From assembly GCF_044704955.1 (NCBI RefSeq), contig NC_091982.1, forward strand, positions 164,114,001-164,178,000: 64,000 nucleotides of DNA, given 5' to 3'. The stretch's first letter is position 1; every line of letters starts with the position of its first letter. Positions 62,501 to 64,000 of this stretch are shown one piece after another. The DNA is from Pristiophorus japonicus. Its lineage: Eukaryota. A program made the translations under genes and the position numbers. A model generated the notes under the pieces. That model was given only the letters and a program-made list of their open reading frames with translations, made no database searches and was not told the DNA's origin.

Positions 62501-64000
62501 GTAATGCTGATGCAATATCTAGATTGCCTTCCCCATCACAAGTTACACCCGATAGGGAAGAAGCGTTTTATTTTTCATACATTGATGAACTGCCAGTCAC
62601 AGCTGAAGAGATTGGTAGAGCAACCAAACGTGACCCAGTGATGTCAAAGTTTTGTGAGTATATTGCAAATGGATGGCCAAACCAGGTAACAGACAAAGAT
62701 ACACATCCATTCTTCATTCGTAGGAATGAATTATCAGTCGATAAGGATTGTATCATGTGGGGTGCAAGAATGGTTATACCAAATAAATTCAGGTCCAAAT
62801 TATTAGGAGACCTCCATGACCAGCTCCTGGGAATGTACTTGACCAAGAGCTTTGCACGCAGTTATTTATGGTGGCCAGGTCTTGATAAAGATATAGAGTA
62901 CATCGTAAGTCAGTGTACGGCATGTCAATCGGTAAGCAAGCAACCACCACCAGTACCATTACAGCCATGGAAATGGCCTCCCAGGGTGTGGCAAAGGCTA
63001 CATATTGATTTTGCTGAGTTAGAAGGACAACAATTGTTCATTGTGATTGATAGCCATTCGAAGTGGCTTGAGGTGTTTCCAATGTGGAAAATAACAACAA
63101 GTAAAACTTTGGACATTTTACAAAAATTATTTTCTGCATTTGCCCTCCCTGAAGAAATTGTTTCGGATAATGGACCACAATTTTGTTCGGAAGAATTTGC
63201 ACAATTTACGAGCAAAAATGGTGTGAAACATACCAAGATTCCACCATACCTTCCTTCTTCGAATGGTGCAGCAGAGCGCACTGTACAAATTGTAAAACAT
63301 GCCCTCATAAAACAAATGTTAGATCCAAAACCAAGGAAACGACAGTTGTCATTGGATCACAAATTGGCTAATTTTTTGATTACATTTCGAAATACTCCTC
63401 ATACAACTACTGGTGGAACACCGCAGAGTTGTTTCTCAAACGACAGCCACGAACCAGATTCTCGTTGTTAAAGCCAAATTTGGCACAGTCCGTAGAAGAG
63501 GCACAATTAAGACAGAAAGAGAATCATGATAAAGGTAGAGTAAAAGAGAGAAGTGTGAAATTAAACCAGAAGGTGAGAGTGAAGAACCATCACCATAAAT
63601 GGTTAAAGTGGTTACCAGGAAGAGTGGTGAAGATATGTGGTTCTCGCACATATTTGGTAAAGATGTTTGATAATGGACAGGTTAGGTTTGTTCATATTGA
63701 TCATATTTTACCTATAGACATGGAAGGAGTTGAAGGTGGGAATGATTCAATTATTTGTGATTCATCAGATAGTTTTGATATACCAGTAGCAAATCCTAAA
63801 TCCAATGTACTGGAAACAATTCCAGGAGAGAATCAGAATGAAAGTCTGAGTTTAAGTCAGGAAAACAAAGAGCCTGAATTTAGAGTCAGTTCAAATGAAA
63901 ATCAAGGAAATTCCATGGAGGAAAACATTCCTCAGGATGAGCCTCAAATGAGTTGAGATTCAACACCATGTTTGGAAGGTTCTGTTCGACAGCGAAGGTA
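59551..64000 (+). mobile_element. Mag-type Gypsy element of a distinct AT-rich family; 3' LTR beyond the window
   Basis: 5' LTR TGT...ACA at 59551-59726; PBS-like TGGCAACTGAGATGGGA. Confidence 0.92.
59889..63956 (+). pseudogene. Gypsy gag-pol with stops and frameshifts
   Basis: CYRCLGQH..C and CFFCRKTRHLAKAC, EIDSGAS, CYLDDILI, CDASPYG, TDHKPL, LHIDFAE...SDNGPQF...NGAAER. Confidence 0.93.

Overview
Eukaryotic, vertebrate-type DNA. The repeat mix (CR1, L2, RTE, Penelope, Deu-domain SINEs, Mag-clade Gypsy, PIF/Harbinger) most resembles a cartilaginous fish; this is inference. Most of the window is nested, decayed transposable elements: four Mag-type Gypsy LTR elements plus a solo LTR, three RTE LINEs, many CR1/L2 pieces, three Harbinger transposase remnants, one Harbinger Myb/SANT remnant and several MITEs. 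Main observations: (1) four phase-compatible + strand exons (24417-24527, 25949-25991, 35038-35178, 45475-45567) join into the 3' end of a host gene I cannot name, and a second reading frame is also open across all four; (2) an intron-less TACC3-like fragment sits in sense orientation inside the integrase of a Gypsy element; (3) three LINE insertions from two non-L1 clades (RTE twice, CR1 once) have twin-priming-like 5' inversions; (4) a recurrent non-coding retroposon shares its 3' tail with RTE; (5) a degenerate hammerhead motif lies in a Penelope pLTR. All family assignments are from motif recognition by eye; no searches were run and boundaries of old repeats are approximate.
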